DNA of 45,962 bases from a virus (lineage: Duplodnaviria; Caudoviricetes). Under the pieces are notes generated by a model. That model saw only the letters and a program-made list of their open reading frames with translations. It did not search any database and had not been told where the DNA came from. The stretch covers positions 1 through 45,962 of the IMG/VR virus record IMGVR_UViG_3300042938_001691; one strand, written 5' to 3'. Shown piece by piece: positions 37,417-45,426 of this stretch (position 1 is the stretch's first letter; each line of letters opens with the position of its first letter). Position numbers and translations under genes: made by a program.

Positions 37417-38107
37417 TTCCTGTTAGTTCAAAATAGTTACACATTTCATTTAGTCTGCTTGCCACCCTGTCTTGATAACGCCTTGTAAGTGCTTCATGAT
37501 TTATTGGAAGGTTGGAAGTAATTATTGTCAAAAGGTTCGTTTGATCACCCCTAGATTCTAGGATCTGTTGAAGTACGTTCTGCCTGTTTCCCATGAAAAG
37601 TGATTCGGGTGGTTCTGCTCCTAGATCCTGTATGCCTATTATTGACATTTTTTTGTATTTTTCAATGCTTCCTGTAGTTGCATAATCTTCGCATATCGTA
37701 TCGGTACGTATTGAAGGCCAATGAAGTTGTTTTTTAGATCCTACTACACCGAATACAACATTGTCGATTGTAGAGTATGCTGACATGATTTCAATCGCCC
37801 AAGACTTACCGGAACCTGTATTGCCTGTAAGGTAAATTCCTTTGTCAAGCCTTCCGTTAATAATTTTCTTGGAAAAAGGATCAATACATTTAAACTCTGG
37901 ATCTGCATGTACCCAACGAATAAGGTTTTCGTATAAGAATCGGTTTTCGTTGTCGATTCTGAACTTTGGGTTTCTTTCTTTTCCAATTGCTTCAACTACT
38001 GATAAAGCGACATTCATGTTGAAAGGAAGGTATGGGAATCTAGTAATTTTTTGAAATAAACCTTTGTCGCTTATTTGTTTCAAAATTAATTCTATTGCTG
38101 TGGCCAT
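37397..38107 (-). CDS. DnaC/IstB-like P-loop ATPase (helicase loader)
   Basis: GNTGSGKS, IQDLGAE, IITSNL, DRVASRLNEM, LTGNDRR. Confidence 0.85.
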   Translation of the reverse strand: MATAIELILKQISDKGLFQKITRFPYLPFNMNVALSVVEAIGKERNPKFRIDNENRFLYENLIRWVHADPEFKCIDPFSKKIINGRLDKGIYLTGNTGSGKSWAIEIMSAYSTIDNVVFGVVGSKKQLHWPSIRTDTICEDYATTGSIEKYKKMSIIGIQDLGAEPPESLFMGNRQNVLQQILESRGDQTNLLTIITSNLPINHEALTRRYQDRVASRLNEMCNYFELTGNDRRKS

Positions 38108-38844
38108 ATATCTGAATCTTTGTAGGGTTCTAAAACTGCTTTTGAATTACTTACTGGCTTTTTGAAATTACTGTCATTTTTAGCCCAGGTGGTCAATCGT
38201 CTTTCGAGATCCCAAGTTTTTTCTAATTCTTGGCGGAATTTTGTTTTTGATTTATTTGGCTCGGTCCAGTATTTATAAAAATCATTTAAAAAATCTTTAC
38301 CGTAAGAATTTAAAAAAGGTTGGAGTGTGGAAGAAAATTTTAATTTTCTGGCATCTATATTTTCTTTAATTTCATTTACTTTACTATACTTTACTTTACT
38401 TTGTGTGTTATGGGTATCGTTTTGAGGTAATAAACCCTGTTTTCTCACCCCTAAACTCAATAAAAGGGTGAGTAAACCCTCATAAGTGATACATTTATTA
38501 TTTCGCTTCTTGTACGCATCTTGAATACTTTCTACAAAATCTTGACACCAAACGATGCTGTTTTCTTTCCAAAGAACTGAATCAAATTTTCCTAGATCTA
38601 CAAGATCTTTGATGATTGATAAAAGCACTTCTTTACTTACTTTACATTTTGCGCTCAAAAACATTACGGTTGTTGGTTTTGACAAATCCAAAAAATGATG
38701 ATTCGCTTTTGCCAATTCTCGGAGCAGCTTTACAAATGTTGCAAATCCATCGTTCCCGTAAGTTTCCTCTATGTAAAACATCTTGTTACCTTCCTCACAT
38801 ATAAAAGGAAAATAATCAACGTTGTTTCTTTCGGGTCTGGCCAT
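38092..38844 (-). CDS. replication initiator (DUF4373 / Lin1244-like N-terminus)
   Basis: MARPERNNVDYFPF...YGNDGFA; SKVKYSK linker; FYKYWTE...WDLERRLTTW; precedes the loader ATPase. Confidence 0.82.
   Translation of the reverse strand: MARPERNNVDYFPFICEEGNKMFYIEETYGNDGFATFVKLLRELAKANHHFLDLSKPTTVMFLSAKCKVSKEVLLSIIKDLVDLGKFDSVLWKENSIVWCQDFVESIQDAYKKRNNKCITYEGLLTLLLSLGVRKQGLLPQNDTHNTQSKVKYSKVNEIKENIDARKLKFSSTLQPFLNSYGKDFLNDFYKYWTEPNKSKTKFRQELEKTWDLERRLTTWAKNDSNFKKPVSNSKAVLEPYKDSDIWPQQ
38374..38480. other. putative replication origin inside the initiator gene
   Basis: TAAAC(C/T)C(T/A) at 38431, 38452 and 38473 (21-bp spacing); CTCACCC/GGGTGAG inverted repeat; adjacent (TTTAC)n tract. Confidence 0.5.
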
Positions 38845-38848
38845 TATG

Positions 38849-39013
38849 TTACAGTTTTTCTATTAACGATAATTCCCCAAGCTTCCAATTATGCTTTGCA
38901 AGGCGAGCATATAATGTTGGTTTTGTAATACCTAGCTTGGCCGATAATTGATCGTGTGTGTAGTTTAATAATAGCCTGTTTGCTTTTACTGTGGCTTCTA
39001 GTTTTGTTATCAT
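38849..39013 (-). CDS. 54-aa Cro-like helix-turn-helix protein (not in ORF track)
   Basis: MITKLEATVKANRLLLNYTHDQLSAKLGITKPTLYARLAKHNWKLGELSLIEKL*. Confidence 0.82.
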   Translation of the reverse strand: MITKLEATVKANRLLLNYTHDQLSAKLGITKPTLYARLAKHNWKLGELSLIEKL

Positions 39014-39079
39014 AATTTTTTCTTTTTAATTTCTTTACTAAATCGGGTTAAATAATAGCGGTATCATTTACCGCTATTT

Positions 39080-39101
39080 GTATTACTGTGGTACAAAGGT
39101 A
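39080..39101 (-). promoter_or_regulatory. HTH/replication operon promoter with abutting palindrome
   Basis: TACCTTTG (39094-39101, minus); GTATTACTGTGGTAC 39080-39094. Confidence 0.72.
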
Positions 39102-39150
39102 AAACATAATTGCTTTACATTCTGTGTATTACTATTTTTATTTTCCATTA

Positions 39151-39885
39151 CTAAAATGGAGTTTTTAGAAAAGGAATCTGCATTCCTGAATCTGCAATAT
39201 GTATTGTCTTTCCTGTAGCCTTATACAAATCGTTTTTAAACTCGTCTGCATTGCTGTTTCCGTTAGATAAGTGAATCAGTATAATATTATTCACTTTGCT
39301 TAAATCGTTTGCCAAAAGGGCTTCTTTACAAGTTTCGTAAGACATGTGACTTTGAAGTGTTCTGTCTTGAAGCATCTTCGGGATCCTACCGGCTTCAATG
39401 TTTCTTTTCAAAAGTTCCGTACTGTAATTTGCTTCAATCAGAATGTTATTGAGATTGGCAAACCTGTTAGGTAAAAAATATGTATCTGTAGCAAAAAGAA
39501 CGTTCCCTGTAACTGCGTGATTTATAAAAAAACCTATCGGCTCGGCTGCATCGTGTTTCACTTTGAAAGGCACTACTGTAAAATTTCCAATCTTTATTTT
39601 TTCGAAAATTACACTTGGCTGAAAACGGCTTTTTAAATTTAATTTCGAAAGAGTTCCTGCTGACATATAAACAGGAATCCTAGCTTCAAGAAAGTCATTT
39701 ATGTACTTTGCATGATCCCCATGTTCGTGACTTACTAATGCCCCAACCACCTTACTGATATTGAAATCCAAAGCATATTTCACGTCTTTAAAAGAAACCC
39801 CGCACTCGATAACGAGTGCTTCGGTTTCATTTTGAATGATGTAGCAATTTCCATTACTTGAACTTCCAAGGATTGATAAAATCAT
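39151..39885 (-). CDS. metallo-beta-lactamase-fold hydrolase, probable exonuclease partner of RecT (start revised to 39885)
   Basis: GSSSNGNCY, SHEHGDH, VKHDA, ATDT, EANY, HMS, IHLS motifs. Confidence 0.9.
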   Translation of the reverse strand: MILSILGSSSNGNCYIIQNETEALVIECGVSFKDVKYALDFNISKVVGALVSHEHGDHAKYINDFLEARIPVYMSAGTLSKLNLKSRFQPSVIFEKIKIGNFTVVPFKVKHDAAEPIGFFINHAVTGNVLFATDTYFLPNRFANLNNILIEANYSTELLKRNIEAGRIPKMLQDRTLQSHMSYETCKEALLANDLSKVNNIILIHLSNGNSNADEFKNDLYKATGKTIHIADSGMQIPFLKTPF

Positions 39886-40076
39886 TTTTTTACTGAATAA
39901 TAAAATTGCCAATTACTACATTCTTTCAATGTCCAATTTTGTATAAAAGCAGCAGGTCGTACCATTAAAAATTGGCTTCGTCCAATTACTATCGATTTTC
40001 CTTTAAGAGCGAGATCAACTATCTCGCTCGGGTTTACAATTAATTCGCCTTTGGATATGTTTTTGCTCACTTTCAT
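39882..40076 (-). CDS. small hypothetical protein (start revised to 40076)
   Basis: MKVSKNIS...RPAAFIQNW; ATGA overlap with the next gene. Confidence 0.6.
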   Translation of the reverse strand: MKVSKNISKGELIVNPSEIVDLALKGKSIVIGRSQFLMVRPAAFIQNWTLKECSNWQFYYSVKK

Positions 40077-40080
40077 ATCC

Positions 40081-40962
40081 TTAGAATCCTGGCTTTGATG
40101 CAGGAGCAGCTCCGTTGTTGTCAAATAGTTCTGCCGTTGGTTCCATTAAAGGAATTTGATTTGAAAAAGTTTCCGAATCTTCAACTTCAATGTCGATGAT
40201 CTCTTTATTGGCATGAGTTTTAATTTCGTGCTTTACGTTTTCGCTAGTTACGTCAATGAAAGTGTCCTCTTCCAAAGGATCATAAAGAACGGAATCGTCT
40301 GAACTACTGATCAGCAATTTACAAGCCCTGTTTAGTACGGTTTTGATTGCCATCTGATCTGCAAAATTCTTATGGGCTGGTGAGTTCCCTTTTGATCCAC
40401 CTTGATTCCAAGCCATTTGGATTTGATTTATGCTCATTACTTCAACGTCTACAGAACCGTCATTTAATTCAAAAACAGCATAAGCCCCTTTGATCTTGTT
40501 TGAACCTACACTTTCAAGAGTTTGAGTGTGTTTGATAATCTTTCTATGGCCTGTAGTTTGGTCCACTTCAAACTCGAAGGTATCACCTTCAAAAATGGCG
40601 TTGCCTTTGATTGTTTTAAGGTTTCCATATCTTTTTGCTATGGCGATATTCCCTGCGTAAGATATTGAGCACTCTAACTTTTCACCGTATGGAATAAAGT
40701 AACATTGCTTCTTGATAGGTGAAACCCCGTACACTACCATTTTCAATAGTGCTTCGGCTACGGACGATTTGTCGCATTTAGCCAAAATGTTGTTCTTAGG
40801 ATCCGATAAAATAATGTAGGCTGATTTTAATGCGTTCTCGGCATTATACCCTTTTGGAAGGGTTAATTCGCCTGACTTTTGAAAGGCATCAATCTTAGAT
40901 AATACTTGTGCAGAAATGTCGTTTTTGACTGTTGATACTGCGGTGCTTGTTTTGTTTTCCAT
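40081..40962 (-). CDS. recT: RecT-family single-strand annealing protein
   Basis: GVSPIKKQCYFIPYG, ISYAG, GAYAV, HKNFADQMAIKTVLNRACK. Confidence 0.92.
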   Translation of the reverse strand: MENKTSTAVSTVKNDISAQVLSKIDAFQKSGELTLPKGYNAENALKSAYIILSDPKNNILAKCDKSSVAEALLKMVVYGVSPIKKQCYFIPYGEKLECSISYAGNIAIAKRYGNLKTIKGNAIFEGDTFEFEVDQTTGHRKIIKHTQTLESVGSNKIKGAYAVFELNDGSVDVEVMSINQIQMAWNQGGSKGNSPAHKNFADQMAIKTVLNRACKLLISSSDDSVLYDPLEEDTFIDVTSENVKHEIKTHANKEIIDIEVEDSETFSNQIPLMEPTAELFDNNGAAPASKPGF

Positions 40963-40991
40963 TGTTGCGGATTGTTTAAAAAAGTGAATAA

Positions 40992-42968
40992 TTATTTAAT
41001 TGTTAATGAAGGTTCAGTGGTAACTACTAGGTGAACCGTTTGTGCTTTGGTTTCTATAAAACTGTTTACTGATTCTGCTGAATCAATGAATATTGGAGCA
41101 GCTACGTTGTAGAACTTCGATAGCGAATTGATTATATCAATCCCTGCATTAATCCTTTCTGCTGTATTGGTGGCGGCAATAGGTACACCTACTTTATTTG
41201 TTGGAATACAAGCTTCGAACTCATTGCCCTCGTTTGTCTTGTCGAATAGTTGGAATTTTACTATTTTGAAAAGTTCGTTTACTCTACGATCACACTCTTC
41301 AATCTTGATGCGATTGAAATCGTCAATAGTGAATTCCTGTTTTTCACAGTCTGCAATTTTTTGTGCTAATTCCGAGCCTTGTTTTTCAAGGTTTTGAATT
41401 TCTTGTTTGTATTTTGAAATAAGATCCTTTTCTGAAAGTTCTTTTTTCAGTTGGTCACGCTTTAAAACCAGTTCAGCTTTTTGGCTGTTTAGTTCTGCAT
41501 TATCTACTGGCTTCACTTCTGAAATACCTGATTCAAGAACGTTGATCTGCTTGTTAAGATCTTGCCACTCTGTAAGCTCGGAAGCGATAATGTTTACAGG
41601 TTCTATCGTATGAAAGTCTTTCAGCTTTTCTGTTAGGCTTGTAATTGTACTCTTGCTATTTTCAGCCAATAATGAATAGTCAGAAATGAGTTTCTCAGTG
41701 CTTGAGATTTCTAAATTAAGGGCTTTAATTTCGTCTGAAACTTTACCGCCTTTTGTATTAATATCGGACAATTTTCTAGCCTTGTCATTTTTGAAGTTAG
41801 TTATCAATTCGGCTTTCTTTGCTTCAACATTACCTGATTCAAATTCACGTTTACATGTAGGACAGTGAAAGTCATTATCGTTGAATGTTAATTCCTTTGC
41901 ACTTTCTGTTGTCCAATCTGAGCGAAGATTTGTAACCTCTTTATTTTTTACAGCTAATTCATTTTTTTGATTTTCAAGCTTCGTTTCTGCTAACGTAATG
42001 TTTGCTTTTTCAATAACAAAGTCTGCCTTAGAATCCTTGATCTTGTTATCAAGATCCCTACGTTTTTGTGTTTCTTCAAATGAATCCTGATTGGCTTTTG
42101 TAGTTGCTGAATTAACAACTTCCTGCTGTTTGGTTTTAAGCCAATTAATCCGCTTTTGTACTTCTTGGATCTCTTCATATTGATTGCTAATTGCTTTTGC
42201 CTTGTCTGAGATCTGTAAATCAATAGCTGTAATAAAATCTTCAGTAAGATTTATTTCTGTTTCAATGCTTTGGAAGTCTTTTTGCTCCGGCATTAATTTA
42301 GCAGTCTGATCAATCCTTGGTTGAATGTTTTCAAGATCGTCTTTCAATTTTTTCTTGCGTGCTGAAAGTTCCTTTTTAAAGTCAACTAATGATTTGCCAT
42401 CTAGTAATTCCAGAAGCGAAGCGAAAACAGGATTTGAATTTGCTATTTCGGTATCGCTTACAGTTCCTGCTATTTGAAAAAGAAATTCACGTTGTTTTGT
42501 CCAGTGTAAGGCAAGAAAAGATGAAGGATTTGTTATCAGCTTAAAAACTGATTCGTCTGCTATGGTATCAACGAATGCTTTGTACTCACTTGCTTTTTTA
42601 GGTACATCATTTATATAGTACAATGTTTCACAACCGTCAAAAACCTCTTCGGCTGTTCCTCTTTTGCGTGTCCACTTTTGGTGAAGTACACGTTTAAATG
42701 TAGTGTTCGCACCATCGATATTAATAATTGCACTTACTTCGGAATCAACACGGTCAAGGCGTTTTCCTTGAATCGTAGGAATGATTTCGTAATCCTTTCT
42801 ATCGAACTGATCTTTTCCGAATAGCATCCAGACAAATGAATCGAATACAGTTGATTTTCCTGTGGCATTTTTGCCCGAGATAATTGTTTCCTGCTCTAGT
42901 TTTACAGTTAATTCTTTATGCCCTCTAAAGTTTACAAGGCTGATACTTTCTAATTTTACTTGTTTCAT
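40992..42968 (-). CDS. SbcC/Rad50-like coiled-coil ATPase
   Basis: LVNFRG, GKNATGKST, central CPTC zinc hook, PIFIDSAES. Confidence 0.9.
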   Translation of the reverse strand: MKQVKLESISLVNFRGHKELTVKLEQETIISGKNATGKSTVFDSFVWMLFGKDQFDRKDYEIIPTIQGKRLDRVDSEVSAIINIDGANTTFKRVLHQKWTRKRGTAEEVFDGCETLYYINDVPKKASEYKAFVDTIADESVFKLITNPSSFLALHWTKQREFLFQIAGTVSDTEIANSNPVFASLLELLDGKSLVDFKKELSARKKKLKDDLENIQPRIDQTAKLMPEQKDFQSIETEINLTEDFITAIDLQISDKAKAISNQYEEIQEVQKRINWLKTKQQEVVNSATTKANQDSFEETQKRRDLDNKIKDSKADFVIEKANITLAETKLENQKNELAVKNKEVTNLRSDWTTESAKELTFNDNDFHCPTCKREFESGNVEAKKAELITNFKNDKARKLSDINTKGGKVSDEIKALNLEISSTEKLISDYSLLAENSKSTITSLTEKLKDFHTIEPVNIIASELTEWQDLNKQINVLESGISEVKPVDNAELNSQKAELVLKRDQLKKELSEKDLISKYKQEIQNLEKQGSELAQKIADCEKQEFTIDDFNRIKIEECDRRVNELFKIVKFQLFDKTNEGNEFEACIPTNKVGVPIAATNTAERINAGIDIINSLSKFYNVAAPIFIDSAESVNSFIETKAQTVHLVVTTEPSLTIK

Positions 42969-42998
42969 AATGTTGCGGTTAAAAGTTTTTGTATTAAA

Positions 42999-43181
42999 TT
43001 ATATTAATGTTTTTTCGTAAAAGCATGTAGGTGCTTTTGCTTTTGGCCTGTACTCTTTTGGAAGTGCTTTACAGTCTTTTATGAACTGCTCTGCTTCATC
43101 TCTTGTGTCACAAATACGAACATCTATTATTTGTTCATTGCCCTTGCTATTTAATTGAGTTATTGTGATTTTGTATTTCAT
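42999..43181 (-). CDS. hypothetical protein, 60 aa (start revised to 43181)
   Basis: MKYKITITQL... preceded by ACCGCAAC; the track start lies inside the promoter. Confidence 0.7.
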   Translation of the reverse strand: MKYKITITQLNSKGNEQIIDVRICDTRDEAEQFIKDCKALPKEYRPKAKAPTCFYEKTLI

Positions 43182-43207
43182 TATGTTGCGGTTAATGTTA
43201 TTTTTAT

Positions 43208-43229
43208 GTATTACTGTGATGCAAAGATA
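43208..43229 (-). promoter_or_regulatory. recombination operon promoter with abutting palindrome
   Basis: TATCTTTG (43222-43229, minus); GTATTACTGTGATGC 43208-43222. Confidence 0.72.
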
Positions 43230-43285
43230 CACTTTTATTGAGTAAGTATATACAATTATGTGTTAAATTTTTATTTTTTTTTATT

Positions 43286-43471
43286 TTACGCAGTTTTGCG
43301 TTCTTCGGTTGTTAGGTAGTTAGCCCTGTTGCATGTCTTTGAAACTGTTTCAATCTGGATCCAGGTTTGGTTTCATTCTTGAAGTATTCAGCCAATTCCT
43401 TTACCGAGTACATTTCAATCCTATGTCCAAGCTTCTTTGCTTTAAGATCCTCAAATTTTAAATGTCGCCAT
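43286..43471 (-). pseudogene. probable remnant of a tyrosine integrase 5' end, truncated by deletions
   Basis: ATG 43471 gives MATFKI*; the overlapping +1 frame gives KFEDLKAKKLGHRIEMYSVKELAEYFKNETKPGS, resembling Bacteroidota phage integrase N-termini as I recall them; located just downstream of attP. Confidence 0.55.
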
Positions 43472-43564
43472 TTTGAACTACAATCGTGCTACATGGTGAT
43501 AGAAACGTATGTATTTTTGGCTTTATTTGCAAAACATAAAATTTCACTTATAAGTGAAATAAAT

Positions 43565-43603
43565 AAAACACCCCGTAAGTATCAATGTCTTACGGGGTGT
43601 TTT
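43565..43603 (-). terminator. strong bidirectional hairpin terminator after the tRNA fragment
   Basis: aaaacaccccgtaag-N9-cttacggggtgtttt. Confidence 0.85.
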
Positions 43604-43606
43604 TGT

Positions 43607-43651
43607 TGTAGCGATAGCGAGAATTGAACTCGCGACCTCATGATTATGAAT
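43607..43651 (-). other. attP core: 3' half of a tRNA with CAT anticodon (Met-like)
   Basis: minus strand ATTCATAATCATGAGGTCGCGAG-TTCAATT-CTCGCTATCGCTACA contains the anticodon loop, T-arm and acceptor 3' strand; no D-arm or acceptor 5' strand upstream. Confidence 0.85.
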
Positions 43652-43742
43652 TATACGGTCTGAACCGTGTATCGGGTTCTAGTTTAATAGATTACAAGAA
43701 CATTATTTTTAGACGGTACTACTATGGTACCACTTTGAACAC

Positions 43743-43823
43743 TTTGCACGAAATCCACTGACCGAAATCAGTGGAAATCTGGTTGCTTTTTCAGCCGCAA
43801 CTCCGTCCAAGCAACCGTGCAAA
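43743..43823 (-). ncRNA. candidate ~70-80 nt structured antisense small RNA
   Basis: three nested/adjacent stems, a UUCG tetraloop with U-G closing pair only on minus strand, and a 20-nt loop containing GUUGCGG; TATATTTG at 43820-43827 (minus). Confidence 0.6.
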
Positions 43824-43831
43824 TATAAGTC

Positions 43832-44302
43832 TTATTTTTTATATATGTTCGTGTAATAGTATTCAGAGATCTGAACCGATTCAGTCCAGGTCAATTTTCC
43901 ATCAGAAAGACTTTGCAGAATAAGAGTTGACAAGCCATGATAGAATACATTTTTGGCTTCATCGCTAGATAGGTTTATTGCCGATAAAACTGATTTCAAC
44001 TGTTCGTTAGGATCTTGTATTTGTGAAATCGTATTGGCAAAGTTTAGTTGTATAATTACTTTCGGCAAAATTAATTTCATTTTTTCCCGTAGTATTTTAA
44101 TAGCCAAATCGTCTGCTTTGCCTGGAATTATCGAAGCAATTACTGTTTCAATAATATCACCGGCAAAAGATTCGTTCACCGTTTTAAGAACGTTTACTGC
44201 ACTAATGGCAATAGGTGCAAATTGTTTTACTTCGTCAGTTGCTTTTTTCCAAAGTCCTGAAAGAAATCCCAATATTTGGGCAAGAAAAATTTTAAGTTTC
44301 AT
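43832..44302 (-). CDS. hypothetical protein in the lysis cassette
   Basis: 156 aa amphipathic helical, follows endolysin. Confidence 0.7.
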   Translation of the reverse strand: MKLKIFLAQILGFLSGLWKKATDEVKQFAPIAISAVNVLKTVNESFAGDIIETVIASIIPGKADDLAIKILREKMKLILPKVIIQLNFANTISQIQDPNEQLKSVLSAINLSSDEAKNVFYHGLSTLILQSLSDGKLTWTESVQISEYYYTNIYKK

Positions 44303-44336
44303 AATGGTTTTTGTTTTAAGGGTTTAATTGTTGTTT

Positions 44337-44864
44337 TTATGCTTCGTTTTTTGAAATAAATCCGTTTGAATTTACTGCGATAGCTTTTACGTTTTCTGGT
44401 TGTGCAATTTTCCAAGCTGTTCTTCTTATTCCAGCGCATCTTTGTTTTTCGATTCTAGTAATGCAAACCGAATTAGATTGGTTCCCACCAAGAACATGAT
44501 AGCAAGTTTTGTCCTCACCGACATAGATTCCAACATGGCCACCACCGTTCCGCTTGAAAGTTAAGATGTCACCTAGCATTGCTTTCTCTTGTTTAGTTCC
44601 GAACTTATTCCAATTTAATGCCCAAAGAGATTCAGTTGCTGTCAAACCACTTTCTACGTTTGCACGTTTACAAACTATGGCTATAAATAAACCACACCAC
44701 GCAATTTCGTCGTTGGTATAGATTTTTTCAATTCCTAGATCCTTTGCCCATCCTAGAATGATTGTGCTATGGATTGAACCGATAATTTCCTTTGTACCTA
44801 TAAGCCTAAGCGCTTGTACTAAAATTTGTGGTGAGGTTACATTTTTTAAATAATCGTAATTCAT
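44337..44864 (-). CDS. endolysin, NlpC/P60-CHAP peptidase (TIGR02594 family)
   Basis: DEIAWCGLF, GDILTFKRNGGGHVGIY, VLGGNQSNSV. Confidence 0.9.
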   Translation of the reverse strand: MNYDYLKNVTSPQILVQALRLIGTKEIIGSIHSTIILGWAKDLGIEKIYTNDEIAWCGLFIAIVCKRANVESGLTATESLWALNWNKFGTKQEKAMLGDILTFKRNGGGHVGIYVGEDKTCYHVLGGNQSNSVCITRIEKQRCAGIRRTAWKIAQPENVKAIAVNSNGFISKNEA

Positions 44865-45346
44865 TTTTTTTCGTTTTCGATTTCTTCTACATCAACTCCT
44901 GTTGTCTTTTTTACGTTCTCCTGGATCATGTTTCCAATCTTAGGGAATATTGACCATTTTGTTATTTGATACCCATTATCGGCAATTGAGTAAAGCAGAA
45001 CGCCTGATATGAACCAACCGATCACTTTGTAGGTCGAAACAATATCTTGTTTATATACTTCATCCCACATGAAAGCACCTGTAATTAGTACTATTGAAAT
45101 CAGCATTCTTGGTATCGTATGTTCCCAAATTATTTTTACTGAAAATCGTTCCTTTCGTATTTTTCTAGCAGCCCAATAACCAAATACTACATCAGCAATA
45201 AAAAAAGCCAAAAGCAGGTGAACTATATTTCTAACCGGTAACAGATACCCAAAAAAACTTACAATTGCACCAACGAATATGGCATAAGTATCGTTAACCA
45301 AACATTTTAATGCTTTTGCAAACGATGAATAAAATGTGTCTTGCAT
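44861..45346 (-). CDS. holin
   Basis: 3-4 hydrophobic segments, charged C-terminus, ATGA overlap with endolysin. Confidence 0.8.
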   Translation of the reverse strand: MQDTFYSSFAKALKCLVNDTYAIFVGAIVSFFGYLLPVRNIVHLLLAFFIADVVFGYWAARKIRKERFSVKIIWEHTIPRMLISIVLITGAFMWDEVYKQDIVSTYKVIGWFISGVLLYSIADNGYQITKWSIFPKIGNMIQENVKKTTGVDVEEIENEKK

Positions 45347-45377
45347 TTCTCTTTAATTATTTAGTAATTTCAATAAT

Positions 45378-45409
45378 CAAAAGTACTTGAAAGAGTATCA
45401 CTGTAATAC
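45378..45409 (-). promoter_or_regulatory. lysis promoter (-7 TACTTTTG) with palindrome upstream
   Basis: caaaagta 45378-45385; GTATCACTGTAATAC 45395-45409. Confidence 0.65.
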
Positions 45410-45426
45410 GATATCGAATAAAAAAA

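Noticed and set aside
43367-43627. 86-aa plus-strand ORF
   Set aside because: Runs antisense across the integrase remnant, terminator and tRNA fragment
43607-43680. Complete phage-encoded tRNA-Met
   Set aside because: Sequence upstream of the anticodon loop cannot form the anticodon 5' strand, D-arm or acceptor stem; only the 3' half is present
43789-43808. CsrA/Rsm-sponge RNA (GGA motifs in the loop)
   Set aside because: Only two GGA motifs in one loop, and complementarity to the start motif explains the loop better
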